From positions 628 through 64,627 of the IMG/VR virus record IMGVR_UViG_3300018890_000001: a DNA stretch of 64,000 bases; one strand, given 5' to 3'. The notes beneath the pieces were generated by a model. That model saw nothing but the letters and a program-made list of their open reading frames with translations, searched no databases and had not been told where the DNA came from. This document shows positions 1 to 10,131 of this stretch, piece after piece (position 1 is the stretch's first letter; every line of letters begins with the position of its first letter). Origin of the DNA: a virus. A program made the position numbers and the translations under genes.

Positions 1-7
1 CTGTGAA

Positions 8-1405
8 GTGATCATCGGATTTGCCGACGGTGAAAAGCGCACGAAGCTGAAGGGAAAAATTTGGTCGATCGGGCGCATCCCGCCAGACACTACCGTAATT
101 ATGATTGTCGATCCTTCCGCCGGTATTAAAGGAAGTACGTCCGCAACCAATTCAGCGGCAGAAAAACCTTCAGAACTAGAGCGTCCCGAATCAGACAAAA
201 TAGACCCGCACAAACTAGCGGTCGCGCTCAAAAAAGGGAAGATGGACCCGAAGAAAGTAGCTGAAGAACTAGCAGATCCGAAAAAAGCTGTCGGCGAGAA
301 GAAAACATCAAAATTTACTGCAAGTGGTTCAGGCGCAGCCACTAAGCCTGAAGAGAAAGAAGAGGAAAAACCGGATCTGTCTCCAGTCAAACCACCAGAA
401 AAAACCGCAACAGAACCTAAAAAAGAAGAGCAGTTTCAAGCAACTTTCAAAGGTCAGTCTCCTAGTTTCGACAAACTGATGGACAAGGTTAAGGAGACGA
501 GCGCATTAGCTAACGGTAATAAATTAAACTATTCCACCGCAGAACGTCTGTCATACACGGGTGCCAGTGGTGGCGCTCAGCTCAAATTCCAAAATAGTAC
601 CGACTTTAACGGTTCCAAAGGTGGGGAGGTACTGCTGGGTGCAGGAAAAGGTCACGCTGCAGCACTCGAAGCCATTCTCCAGGGAGACGTGATTGTCGTA
701 CCCCAAGGCGAGACGATGAAACAAGTCGGTCCCGGTCAAGGTGAACCGTCGGGAGTGATCCTAGATTACGCCAACAACCGAGCAGTATTTATCGGTAGAC
801 CGGAAATCACCAAGAGATCCCCGCTGCAACTTTCGTCAGGGCAAGGTGCAATCACCGTCGTCTCTCCGAATATCGAGCAAAAAACGGTGAACGGCGCGAC
901 TGTTGCAACTCCAGGCAAACCGGCACAACATCCTACGGGAATCGTAAAAATACCAAGCAAGGGTGAAATAAAGTTGGCCGATCCACTATCTCCTGGCTGT
1001 CCTTACACTTGGGGCGATATGACCCGAGAAGGGAAATTCACGGATGACCTAAAAGCAAGTCACATTGAAGGCGCGGTAAAAATATCGCAGTACCTCACGC
1101 AATGGACGGCGGAAACTGGCGGTAAAAAATGGGAAATTACTTCTTGGTTCAGACCGAGTTGGTACAACGTGCAGGTCGCTAGCAGTGGTGCGGACGGACC
1201 GCACACGCACGGCTCTGCGGTTGATTGTTGGTTTGAGGGATTCATGAAATTTTACGACAAGCTTGACGCTTCTTGGGATCACGGCGTCGCCATCAGTCCA
1301 GCCGGTAGTCCGACAGGTGAATTTATGCACATCGATTTAATTGCACCACCAAAACGACGCTGGGCGTACAGTCACCTCAGTTACACCTCTACGGGACTAT
1401 TCTAA
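8..1405 (+). CDS. Tail/baseplate-associated protein with C-terminal peptidase M15 domain (5'-partial)
   Basis: Frame is open from the window start. C-terminus ITSWFRPSWYN...HTHGSAVD...FMHID matches Zn-dependent M15 peptidases. The N-terminal part is tentatively hub-like. Confidence 0.75.
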   Translation: MIIGFADGEKRTKLKGKIWSIGRIPPDTTVIMIVDPSAGIKGSTSATNSAAEKPSELERPESDKIDPHKLAVALKKGKMDPKKVAEELADPKKAVGEKKTSKFTASGSGAATKPEEKEEEKPDLSPVKPPEKTATEPKKEEQFQATFKGQSPSFDKLMDKVKETSALANGNKLNYSTAERLSYTGASGGAQLKFQNSTDFNGSKGGEVLLGAGKGHAAALEAILQGDVIVVPQGETMKQVGPGQGEPSGVILDYANNRAVFIGRPEITKRSPLQLSSGQGAITVVSPNIEQKTVNGATVATPGKPAQHPTGIVKIPSKGEIKLADPLSPGCPYTWGDMTREGKFTDDLKASHIEGAVKISQYLTQWTAETGGKKWEITSWFRPSWYNVQVASSGADGPHTHGSAVDCWFEGFMKFYDKLDASWDHGVAISPAGSPTGEFMHIDLIAPPKRRWAYSHLSYTSTGLF

Positions 1406-3081
1406 TGGCTGACACAAAACCGACAACCACCAGTCCGATCGCCCCACAGACTACGATCGCAGATCCGACAAAACCAGCTACTCCGACTGCTGGCACAGCA
1501 ACAACTCCCGCGACCGCAACGACACCAGGCGCAACACCAACTGGAGGCACGGCAGCAGCGCCTGCCAAACCAGCGGAACCCATGTATCCGAGCGTGGAAG
1601 ACATTATGTTTGTCTGTCCGACAGCCAAGAAAGAAAATGTTGTTAAAAACCTGTCAGGAATTGTCGAGGAGATGGCGAAAGCTGGTTTAAATTCAAAAAA
1701 TAATTTAGTTGGAATTGTTGCAACTATTCACGTAGAAACAGAGATAGATCCGTTTAATCCAATTGAAGAAATCGATGGTCCGCGTCAGGCAATACTGAAC
1801 GGTTACAAAGGTGGTGCTGATTTTTTTGGACGTGGGTATATTCAAATCACACATGATTATAACTATAGAGATGCAGGTAAAGGAATTGGACTAGGAGATC
1901 AGTTAGTTAATAGTCCAAAAATGGCATTACAGCCAGAAGTTGCAGCAAAAGTTACAACGTGGTATTGGAAAACAAATGGTGTAGATAAAGCATCTGATGC
2001 AGGAGATTGGAGACAAGTTCGTAGGCTTGTCAACGGTGGTTATAATCACTACGACAAATTTTTTGCAGCGGTTCAACGCGGACTTGAAAGATTCACTAGA
2101 GGAATTAATTCTACTGGCGCGATCAACATGGGCACGTCCTATGGTGCTAGCGATGTAGATACCGGGGGAGGGCAATCGCGAACGGTTGTTGCAACAGGAG
2201 TACAAGGTCAAGCCGACATACTTGCGTATGCGTTAAACCTCCACGCACGAGATCGCATGAACTCTCATGAATTTTATGCGGTACTCGATTGTGCAGCAGA
2301 TCCAAGAATTCTTGATTTAGAAGCGCAGAAAACTTTTGAATTAAAAGGAATGTCGAAGGATCTTGACGGCGTTTACACCGTTGACGAGGTGACTTTTTTG
2401 CCGTTGACTGAAACTGTGCAGGCGATCGTCAAAGCAAAACGTCCAGATCCAAAAGCCGGTGCAGCAAACGCTTTCTTGTTTAACGCGCAGGGATTAGATC
2501 CGAAAGCTGGGGCCGCAGCCGATACGAATTCTACACCAGGGCAACCGGGTTCTGTCACGAAAATAAATGGGGAAGTAAAACTGGGTGTTCCTTTCAAATC
2601 GCAGAACGACAACGCTTTCAATCCAGGCGGTGCTTGTAATGCAACCAGCTTAGCGATGGCCTTGGAATTTTTAGGTGTAAAAGGGAAGGGTCCTGGTCAG
2701 TTCGAGGATGAAATTTATGAGCAATTACAAGCTTCTGGTGTTCACCCAGGGACACCAGGAGCAATGGTTGATATCGTTAAAAAATACGGAAAAACAGACA
2801 ACCATAACGGCGTCGCAACAGACGACGAAATCAGGAAACATCTCGACAAAGGCAAACCTGTAGTAATACACGGCGATTTCACAGAGAGTGGTCACATTCT
2901 TTGTGTGATTGGCTACAACGCCAAAGGATTTATAGTTAATGACCCTTATGGTAAATTCTTAGGCTCAATCGGAAGCTATGACAACAACGCTTCAGGTGCC
3001 AGCAATCTACATGAATATGCCACTGTCGTTAATACATTCTGGCACCAAAACGGGACAAACTCAGCCCATTTTATAGAATAA
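1405..3081 (+). CDS. Multidomain peptidoglycan hydrolase: GH19 lysozyme/chitinase + possible hub-like segment + C39-like peptidase
   Basis: GH19 motifs FFGRGYIQIT...NY and VRRLVNGG. C39-like motifs VPFKSQ...ACNATSLAM...GHILCVIGY...VNDPYG. Coupled to the previous ORF by TAATG. Confidence 0.85.
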   Translation: MADTKPTTTSPIAPQTTIADPTKPATPTAGTATTPATATTPGATPTGGTAAAPAKPAEPMYPSVEDIMFVCPTAKKENVVKNLSGIVEEMAKAGLNSKNNLVGIVATIHVETEIDPFNPIEEIDGPRQAILNGYKGGADFFGRGYIQITHDYNYRDAGKGIGLGDQLVNSPKMALQPEVAAKVTTWYWKTNGVDKASDAGDWRQVRRLVNGGYNHYDKFFAAVQRGLERFTRGINSTGAINMGTSYGASDVDTGGGQSRTVVATGVQGQADILAYALNLHARDRMNSHEFYAVLDCAADPRILDLEAQKTFELKGMSKDLDGVYTVDEVTFLPLTETVQAIVKAKRPDPKAGAANAFLFNAQGLDPKAGAAADTNSTPGQPGSVTKINGEVKLGVPFKSQNDNAFNPGGACNATSLAMALEFLGVKGKGPGQFEDEIYEQLQASGVHPGTPGAMVDIVKKYGKTDNHNGVATDDEIRKHLDKGKPVVIHGDFTESGHILCVIGYNAKGFIVNDPYGKFLGSIGSYDNNASGASNLHEYATVVNTFWHQNGTNSAHFIE

Positions 3082-3530
3082 TGATGTTACACCCAGCCTT
3101 TTTTCAGATGCCATTGTTCGGAGATTCAAGAACAAAAAAAAGACCAGATCCTGCTGAAGTGGGTTGGCGAATTATAGGTTATTCGACTTACGGTGGATAT
3201 ACGCTAGTTCGCTGGAGAGTCAAATCAGAACCAAGTCCCAGAGGGAAAAACCCGAACGCGATCTTCTTGCGTCGCGACATTGAGGGCGACATGAACGATG
3301 GCGAAACGCTGTATCGAGGAATTCCACCCAACCACGAAGTTATAGGTTCTGCTTGGTGGCGGATTTCGTTTTACGACGAAACGCTCAAGCTCGAAGCGGC
3401 ACCTCGTGGTGGGATGGAGAATCCCTCGGTATGGAACCGTCCCGCATGGAAAGCGGGAGCGTTTGGTCTGTCAACCGCCACGGCTCGCGCTTTGCGAGAT
3501 CCGCTCAACTACGTTACTTTTGAACCCTGA
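3081..3530 (+). CDS. Hypothetical protein in the tail/lysis operon
   Basis: 149-aa ORF coupled (TAATG) to the upstream gene. Confidence 0.65.
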   Translation: MMLHPAFFQMPLFGDSRTKKRPDPAEVGWRIIGYSTYGGYTLVRWRVKSEPSPRGKNPNAIFLRRDIEGDMNDGETLYRGIPPNHEVIGSAWWRISFYDETLKLEAAPRGGMENPSVWNRPAWKAGAFGLSTATARALRDPLNYVTFEP

Positions 3531-3535
3531 AATTT

Positions 3536-3766
3536 ATGACGGAAAATACGATTCGCGCACTTACACCAGTTTGGTTATCGACGATCGGTCTTTTGATTTT
3601 TGCGATCGCCGCGTTTTCTAAATTAGATCCACCATCATTTTCGATCGCCGCAACTTTGGCATCAACGGCGATCGGTGCCGCCGGAGGCGCTTCGGTGCAG
3701 TCGAGCGGTAAGCGAATTAGTGCTGAAAATGTTGAGAACATTGAAATGGAAGCTCCCAAGCCATAA
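3536..3766 (+). CDS. Small two-TM membrane protein, holin candidate
   Basis: 76 aa with two hydrophobic segments and a charged tail; last gene of the hydrolase operon. Confidence 0.5.
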   Translation: MTENTIRALTPVWLSTIGLLIFAIAAFSKLDPPSFSIAATLASTAIGAAGGASVQSSGKRISAENVENIEMEAPKP

Positions 3767-3811
3767 AAAACGAAAGCCCCAACTAATTAATTTAGTTGGG
3801 GCTTTCGTTTT
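3767..3811. terminator. Bidirectional intrinsic terminator
   Basis: AAAACGAAAGCCCCAACTA / TAGTTGGGGCTTTCGTTTT inverted repeat. Confidence 0.8.
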
Positions 3812-4002
3812 AAAGTTTATCTTCCACCACTTCCGGATCTGCCGTCCCCTCTATTTACAGGACCTTCACCTGAGTTTTCTGGTTGTACAAAGTATCTCAA
3901 TTGCATACTAAACCTTTGATAAACTACATTAGAAGTCATTTTTAACTTCTATATATTATAATACTTCATAAATGAATATCTTGTCAATGACAACTAACAA
4001 CG

Positions 4003-4284
4003 ATGAACAAAAAAGAACTGGTAGACCGCGTAGCACTAGCCACAGGATTGTCAAAGCAAACCATTACACAGGTAGTCAATGCTGTTATTGACGCGGTAAT
4101 GAAAGCCGTCTGTGCTGGCGAAAAAGTACAAATCGTAGACTTTGGTTCGATCGAACCTCGCAAGCGGAAAGCGCGTTCGGGTCGCAGTCCAAAAACAGGA
4201 GCTGAAATTACTATTCCCGAAACCGTCGTTCCTGCGTTCAGCGCCGGCAAAGCCTTCAAAGACATGGTAAACACCTCTCGTTAA
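4003..4284 (+). CDS. hup: HU/IHF-family DNA-binding protein
   Basis: MNKKELVDRVA...GEKVQIVDFGSIEPRKRKARSGRSPKTGAEITIP...VPAFSAGKAFKD is the HU signature. Confidence 0.95.
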   Translation: MNKKELVDRVALATGLSKQTITQVVNAVIDAVMKAVCAGEKVQIVDFGSIEPRKRKARSGRSPKTGAEITIPETVVPAFSAGKAFKDMVNTSR

Positions 4285-4312
4285 TTGGTTCGGTATCCGA
4301 GCGATCGCGAAC

Positions 4313-4357
4313 AAAATAAAACCCCCGTCACTCAAAAAATGACGGGGGTTTTATTTT
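4313..4357. terminator. Bidirectional terminator between convergent genes
   Basis: AAAATAAAACCCCCGTCA / TGACGGGGGTTTTATTTT. Confidence 0.8.
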
Positions 4358-4892
4358 ATGCAGCAAGTTGCTGTTGAATGTGTATAACTAATTTAGTCAG
4401 TACGTCATAGCATTCGTTATGCGGACTTTCAAACCAACCTACGTTTGGGCGATCGGATTGTCCAAAATCTTCCGGATCGTAATCGTCCCAGAATGAAACA
4501 CCATGACCTACGGATCTCAGGATTTCTCGACAAGCAACACCTTTATCTGTTTCCCACATTTTTGCAAACGTGAAATTATCCTTTAGATTGGAATCGATAA
4601 CAAAAATCATCCGCATTACACTTGTCTCGATCGCGCGCAACTCTGATTCAATATCTATTTTTGCCTCTTCGATAGCGATGGTAAATAATTCACAAATCTC
4701 TCCTCCGGGACGAACAAACTCTTTTCGCAACAAGTAAAATTCAGCGTTTTCTTCTGAATTTTCAACTTCACTTGCTACACAGTCTGCCAAAAGCATTATT
4801 GCGAGTTCTCGCAAATTGACTTCGGATTCTGCATCTGGAATACCTGTAGCTACATACGGTAATAACTGTTTGTTAGATGGCATATATTTCAT
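4356..4892 (-). CDS. Hypothetical acidic phage protein
   Basis: 178-aa ORF with its own terminator. C-terminal GHGVSFWD motif resembles other phage proteins. Confidence 0.7.
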   Translation of the reverse strand: MKYMPSNKQLLPYVATGIPDAESEVNLRELAIMLLADCVASEVENSEENAEFYLLRKEFVRPGGEICELFTIAIEEAKIDIESELRAIETSVMRMIFVIDSNLKDNFTFAKMWETDKGVACREILRSVGHGVSFWDDYDPEDFGQSDRPNVGWFESPHNECYDVLTKLVIHIQQQLAA

Positions 4893-4950
4893 TGAACGAC
4901 TACTATTTAAGTATATAAGATTTGCTTATAAAAAACAACAGAATAGGATA

Positions 4951-5008
4951 CCAATATAAAGAAAAGCCCCAATCACAAGACAGTAACTGGGGCTTTTCTT
5001 TATATTGG
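4951..5008. terminator. Bidirectional terminator
   Basis: 21-bp arms CCAATATAAAGAAAAGCCCCA / TGGGGCTTTTCTTTATATTGG. Confidence 0.8.
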
Positions 5009-5027
5009 CTTCAATTGATAAAGGCTT

Positions 5028-5243
5028 TTAGAATTTAGCCTTTATCGTGTTTGGCGACCAATGCGATCGCACGAGGTCGTAACGCGCTTTACCTTGAGAA
5101 GGGTGCGTGTTCCGAAGCCAAACTCTTTTGCTTTCAGGACAAACGATGCAGTCTGGATAGACTGGCGCACCGTTTTCTGCGATTAATTCAATACGAGCGA
5201 TTTCAAAGCTTTCACCATCGCGTAATGTGACATCTACAAACAT
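5028..5243 (-). CDS. Hypothetical protein
   Basis: 71-aa ORF preceded by GAGGG. Confidence 0.55.
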   Translation of the reverse strand: MFVDVTLRDGESFEIARIELIAENGAPVYPDCIVCPESKRVWLRNTHPSQGKARYDLVRSHWSPNTIKAKF

Positions 5244-5259
5244 GGATTTTCCCTCTTAG

Positions 5260-5541
5260 TTATTTAGCTTGGTAGATTTTGGTCGTTACCCAACACCCAT
5301 TTTTAAGTCGCTCTATAGTCACCTGATTGTCGTAAGGCATACCATCGGCAACAGTCATCCGAGAAAGTAAAACCCGCATATTTGCGGTTTCAATCTTCAC
5401 ATTATCAAAATGCCCACTATGTAGTGTAGGCAGGTTTTCTAGATACTCAAGTGTGTAATGTGTTTTAGATTTAGATGGCATTACAATTACCTCTGAAACA
5501 ACTATATTAATAGTAACATTATTACAATAATATACAAACAA
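5260..5541 (-). CDS. Hypothetical protein (likely start at internal MPSKSK)
   Basis: ORF track; GAGG precedes the internal ATG. Confidence 0.55.
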   Translation of the reverse strand: MFVYYCNNVTINIVVSEVIVMPSKSKTHYTLEYLENLPTLHSGHFDNVKIETANMRVLLSRMTVADGMPYDNQVTIERLKNGCWVTTKIYQAK

Positions 5542-5580
5542 TTTATTATACTAAATATATACTTCACAAACCTTTTGATC

Positions 5581-5739
5581 ATGAATGCTTCAGCACTTCG
5601 CATAAAAGAAATCTTTACTGAAAACACGACCAAAGAGATTAAAAGCGTACAATCGCCCGAGCAATCTACACAACCATTTTCCACATATCTACTAGGTGGG
5701 TTCGATCACCCGTTATTACCTAAATCTTGGCTAGAATAA
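5581..5739 (+). CDS. Small hypothetical protein (52 aa, below the ORF-track cutoff)
   Basis: Manual translation MNASALRIKEIF...PKSWLE*, downstream of an AT-rich promoter-like region. Confidence 0.35.
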   Translation: MNASALRIKEIFTENTTKEIKSVQSPEQSTQPFSTYLLGGFDHPLLPKSWLE

Positions 5740-5799
5740 TTACAGCTCAATATCGTCGCTCAACCATCCCTGGCAGCTCAAAACTGCTGGGGATTTTTA

Positions 5800-8700
5800 T
5801 TGGAAAAAAATATGGATCTCAATCAATTCATCAACCCAGAACTTCCCGAATCGCACTTCCCAAACTTGCAGTCGGGTCAAGTTATCGGCTGGGTGCCAGC
5901 TACAGTTACCGACTTAGACGATCCAAAAGGTCTGGGTCGAATTCGTGTCAAAGTCGATTTAATCGATCCAAATACTTCAATCAGCAACCTTGAAGACGGT
6001 TGGTGCTGGGTAGGAGAACGTTACACCGTCAACGAAAAAGCGGGTGGCAGTCACCGACTGCTGCAAACGGGAACCCAAATTGCAGCGTTACCAATGTTGG
6101 GTGATATGCGTCAACTACTGTTGCTCGACTGTTTACCGAATATGTACGATCGCCCGAATCCTGATTTCAATCGCGCGCAAGGTCGGCATGGCGAAACGAC
6201 TCCGGGAGGAGTGACCGTTGCAAACGATGATACGAACCAAAGTCGAGTTGAAGCGTACCCGCACGGCGTAGTGAAATCAGTGTCAGGAGAAGGTGATGTT
6301 CAAACTTCAACTGCTGGTGGTGCCAGGTCGCAACTTACTAGAAACGGCGACGCGCGGATCGAATCACCCAAAGCGTTTTTACACGCGCTTGAAAATGGAG
6401 ATTTGTCGGTCGCCAACGGTAGTGGCGCTGGCATGGCATTACAGGCTAACGGAAACACGACCGTGAAGTCGGCCTTTGGATCTGGTGTAACTCTCGGAGA
6501 AAAAGGAGCTACTTACACGGGACCGCTCAGTGAAGCTTCTGAATCTGTCAAGAAAGCCCGCAACTTGCTACTAGGTAATATCGGTCGCGGGTTAAAAATC
6601 ATGGAATTACTCGAAGAAATAATGGGTGCGCTCAAGAGTGAAGACGCAGATCCGCAGCTTGCGAGTTCGGCTATCAACAATTTGCTCGATCGCCTCGAAA
6701 AATATTTCTCAACGGATTTTGAGCAAGGTATCGAAACAATGATCGAGCTCGCGAAGCTTTCAGAAAAGGAGCTCGGTCGAACAATTGGAGATCAAATTGG
6801 ACAAGCTTACGATATTGATTTAGCGTCGATTGTAGGCGAAGTTAAAGGAATTGTTGGCGGCGGTTTTCCTGAAAGTTCCCTCAGCAAAATCCGAGAGAAA
6901 GCGGCTCAGATAATTGCAACTAGCTTAGAAAAAGTTTTCACTTATTTTCCTTCACGGTTGCGCAATGTTAGCGCAAATATGTATTTGTCGGCGGTAACAC
7001 GCGAGGAAGCGGACAAATGGGCCGATGAAGTCCTCAGCGGGAATCCCGGAACACAAGCAATGGACTTTATTACTCGAATTCTGCAAGACGAACCAGGTGC
7101 GGGAACAGTATTGGCGGCGATCGAGCAGATTAAGGATGGAGATCCTGGGTATGATGATCTGCTTAAAAAATTAGGGAAGGCGATCGTACCTGCGGTGAGA
7201 GCTGCGTTTGGCGTTGAAGTAGAAGCAGAAGAAGAAATCAAACTAACAGACATCTTTTCAAAGCTGGCTGAAGATGAGGAAGTAGTAAAAGAACTCGCTG
7301 CTTCATTGAATATCGAAAAGAAGGATCTTGAAAGTCAGCTTACTCGTGGCGTTGCACTATCCAACTTACGGGCGAGACTCAAGGAAGTGGTGCCAGCACA
7401 GCTCGTGGAGACTGGTACATTTCCATCTAAAGAGCTGCGCAACAAACTTATTCCGATCATGGAAGGCTTAAAACACGATCCTGAAATGCAAATGCAGGTT
7501 CTAGTTTCTGAATGCGTCCCCAAAGGTTATGAATCAGTTAAGAATTTACTTGGTCTGGATGTCATTAACGGAATCAAAGTCACCGAAAAACCTTGGGCGA
7601 TCCTACGTCCTGGTGAGATTGAATCGACTAAAGACAAAGAAGAAATTACCGAAAAAATTGGAGCTGAGCAAAAAGCACTTTGCGAAAAAGCTGTTGGACC
7701 ACTGGAAGCTTGTAAAGTTTTTGTCAAATTAATTCCTACCGCTAGGCAAGCGGTACAAGCAGTAATTCGATCTGACGTGGAGCAGCTAGACTGGACAATG
7801 ACTCAGATTAAGGAATTGCTGCCTGAGAATGAAATCAAGATTGATTCTGTGCTGGCGATCGCAGAAAGCGCCTGCCGACCTCTGATTTCTCAGATGAAAC
7901 CAAAACTAACAGAAGCTTTGGCTGCGCTACAACCCTTGATTAACGCCATTCCCGACAATTTCCATGCAACCTCTTTTGAGATATCAGAAGCGTCTGGCGA
8001 AATTGTAGCTGCTGGTAAAAATGTAGGGGGTCGCCTCGTCCTCAACTCAACACAGGGTGCGATGTTTTCCCCCAACGGCAAAAGTTCGGTGTTCGCTGCG
8101 CCCAAAGATATGGGAATGAAACTCGGTAAAGAAAACTCATTCAACGTGCACCACGACGCTGACAAAAAGGATGATGACGGTCTAGAAGAGGCGTGGCAAA
8201 CCAATTTCAACAAAGGATCGATCGCCACGCGCAATTCAGAAGAAAAGGTTAAGTCCGCCGGGTGGGTAATGGATCGCAAAGGAGAATTTAAAGTTGCAAG
8301 CTATCCAGAAACCGAAAAAAATGAGAAACACAAATTTGATTTACATAAAGCCGGATTGGATTGGACAGGCCAAACTTCGGAGATGGGCGTTTCGGAGAAA
8401 AAAATGGGGGCTAAAACTTTTATAGATGAAGTCGCTCAATCAGCTTTTGGGATGGAGTCATCCGACGAGCTTAAAGGGGGAATCACATCACTTCAAACCT
8501 TTAAAGAAGGTCTGCCCCAAACAATGATGCGCTTCGCTGCGAACGAAGCTCTCGGTGCCGGCGGTGTAGCGACATTGCAGTCAATTCGCGAAGGCAAACC
8601 CGAAGCGGTATTCGATTTAATCGGTGGGAAAGCAGGCGAAGCCGCAAAAGCAGCACTCCAAACCCTCAAAGATGGCAATTTGGAGGCGGGCTTAGAATTT

Positions 8701-9555
8701 GCATCTGGATTATTAGGTGAAAACGGCGCAAGTCAAGGTGCCAAAGCGCTTATGCAGACACTGAAAGACGGTAAACCTGAAGCATTAATGCAGTTTGCCG
8801 CCAGTCAATTAGGTGAAGGTGGAGGCTCTGCTGCTCAGGGTGCAAAAGCGCTTATGCAGACGCTAAAAGACGGCAAACCTGAAGCATTGTTAGAATTCTT
8901 GGCTGGTGATGGAAAAGAAGATGGCGAAACTGCATCTACTACTATGCAGACCATGAAAGATGGTAAACCTGAGACAAAAATGGAATTCAAAGCCGGTAAA
9001 GCAGGTAAACCAGCTAAGGCAATGATGCAGACCTTGAAAGATGGCGAACCAGAAACTCAACTCGATCTTGCCAGTGGTGAAGGTGGAAAAAAAGCGATGG
9101 CTGGATTACAAACTTTCAAGGGTGGACTCCCCGAGACGTTCTCCGGTATTAAAGGTGGTGTCGCAATGTTCCAAAGTTTTATCGAAGATCCAACATCAAA
9201 ACTCAGTTTTGCAGGGATTGCTGGTATGGCAATGGAGGCTTATCTTGGCGCGAATCCACAGGCAGCAATGGCGATCCAGGGCGGAAAAATGCTAATGCAA
9301 TCTTTGGATGGAGGGAAGTTTGAACTTGGTGATAAGTTAAAACTTGGTGGTTTTGGTGGTGGTGGAATCGATATCGGAAACGAAATCAAACTTGAAAATG
9401 CGCTAGGTGCGATGGTTAAAGTCGGATCGACGTTACAGATGATTAGTCCTGACGGCGGTAATCTAGTAGTAAGTAACGTTGTAAAAATTGGCGGTCGCGA
9501 TATTATTTCCGATATTATTGGAATTTTGGATCGACTTAGTAACGCTGGGTTGTAA
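5800..9555 (+). CDS. Baseplate spike (gp5/gpV/VgrG-like OB fold) with long helical insert and C-terminal repeats
   Basis: N-terminal ATVTDLDDPKGLGRIRVKV...WCWV is typical of the gp5 OB fold. 8-9 QTxKDGxPE repeats lie at about 8490-9200. Probable start ATG 5812. Confidence 0.75.
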   Translation: MEKNMDLNQFINPELPESHFPNLQSGQVIGWVPATVTDLDDPKGLGRIRVKVDLIDPNTSISNLEDGWCWVGERYTVNEKAGGSHRLLQTGTQIAALPMLGDMRQLLLLDCLPNMYDRPNPDFNRAQGRHGETTPGGVTVANDDTNQSRVEAYPHGVVKSVSGEGDVQTSTAGGARSQLTRNGDARIESPKAFLHALENGDLSVANGSGAGMALQANGNTTVKSAFGSGVTLGEKGATYTGPLSEASESVKKARNLLLGNIGRGLKIMELLEEIMGALKSEDADPQLASSAINNLLDRLEKYFSTDFEQGIETMIELAKLSEKELGRTIGDQIGQAYDIDLASIVGEVKGIVGGGFPESSLSKIREKAAQIIATSLEKVFTYFPSRLRNVSANMYLSAVTREEADKWADEVLSGNPGTQAMDFITRILQDEPGAGTVLAAIEQIKDGDPGYDDLLKKLGKAIVPAVRAAFGVEVEAEEEIKLTDIFSKLAEDEEVVKELAASLNIEKKDLESQLTRGVALSNLRARLKEVVPAQLVETGTFPSKELRNKLIPIMEGLKHDPEMQMQVLVSECVPKGYESVKNLLGLDVINGIKVTEKPWAILRPGEIESTKDKEEITEKIGAEQKALCEKAVGPLEACKVFVKLIPTARQAVQAVIRSDVEQLDWTMTQIKELLPENEIKIDSVLAIAESACRPLISQMKPKLTEALAALQPLINAIPDNFHATSFEISEASGEIVAAGKNVGGRLVLNSTQGAMFSPNGKSSVFAAPKDMGMKLGKENSFNVHHDADKKDDDGLEEAWQTNFNKGSIATRNSEEKVKSAGWVMDRKGEFKVASYPETEKNEKHKFDLHKAGLDWTGQTSEMGVSEKKMGAKTFIDEVAQSAFGMESSDELKGGITSLQTFKEGLPQTMMRFAANEALGAGGVATLQSIREGKPEAVFDLIGGKAGEAAKAALQTLKDGNLEAGLEFASGLLGENGASQGAKALMQTLKDGKPEALMQFAASQLGEGGGSAAQGAKALMQTLKDGKPEALLEFLAGDGKEDGETASTTMQTMKDGKPETKMEFKAGKAGKPAKAMMQTLKDGEPETQLDLASGEGGKKAMAGLQTFKGGLPETFSGIKGGVAMFQSFIEDPTSKLSFAGIAGMAMEAYLGANPQAAMAIQGGKMLMQSLDGGKFELGDKLKLGGFGGGGIDIGNEIKLENALGAMVKVGSTLQMISPDGGNLVVSNVVKIGGRDIISDIIGILDRLSNAGL

Positions 9556-9596
9556 AAACAAAGGGCGATCGAATTACATTGATCACCCTTTGTTTT
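9555..9596. terminator. Bidirectional terminator, GATC-core family
   Basis: AAAACAAAGGGCGATC / GATCACCCTTTGTTTT. Confidence 0.75.
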
Positions 9597-9654
9597 ATTG
9601 CAAATAAAATGATTTACGCATATAATAATAGTGTAGTAAATCACAGGTTTTTCT

Positions 9655-10017
9655 ATGCTATTAATTCGCTTAGACTGGGACACATTCAATGAAGAATTAG
9701 CAAAACGATATCTCAACAACTTCACAAAAGAAGGTCGTTGGGTATTGTGGCGGTATCTCGAAGACGTATCCGAACAAAGAGAACTGCGAGGTCTGTCTAA
9801 TATTCAAATAGACTTCGTTGTTATTGCTCTCACTTTTAAACAACGCTCTCTAAAAGCGTTTGCAAAAGAATACTATCTTGACGATCGTGACTACGACAAT
9901 TTGCACAAAACAATTCGTGACCGACTGATGGAAGTAGAACGGTTAATCGACTTTTGTGAAGAGTCTGGAGACATTGTGTATCGCAACAGCACCCGGACAC
10001 CGACTGACAGCTACTAA
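9655..10017 (+). CDS. Hypothetical protein, possible HTH
   Basis: 120-aa ORF with upstream promoter-like region and downstream terminator. Confidence 0.65.
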   Translation: MLLIRLDWDTFNEELAKRYLNNFTKEGRWVLWRYLEDVSEQRELRGLSNIQIDFVVIALTFKQRSLKAFAKEYYLDDRDYDNLHKTIRDRLMEVERLIDFCEESGDIVYRNSTRTPTDSY

Positions 10018-10026
10018 CTTTGATTA

Positions 10027-10065
10027 AAAAACCCAACAAGATAACGCATATCTTGTTGGGTTTTT
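10027..10065. terminator. Bidirectional terminator
   Basis: AAAAACCCAACAAGATA / TATCTTGTTGGGTTTTT. Confidence 0.8.
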
Positions 10066-10131
10066 ATTTTCTATTGGTCTAAAATACAATCACTTTATAG
10101 GTTTCCACTTATCACCAGCAGCGATCACCTC

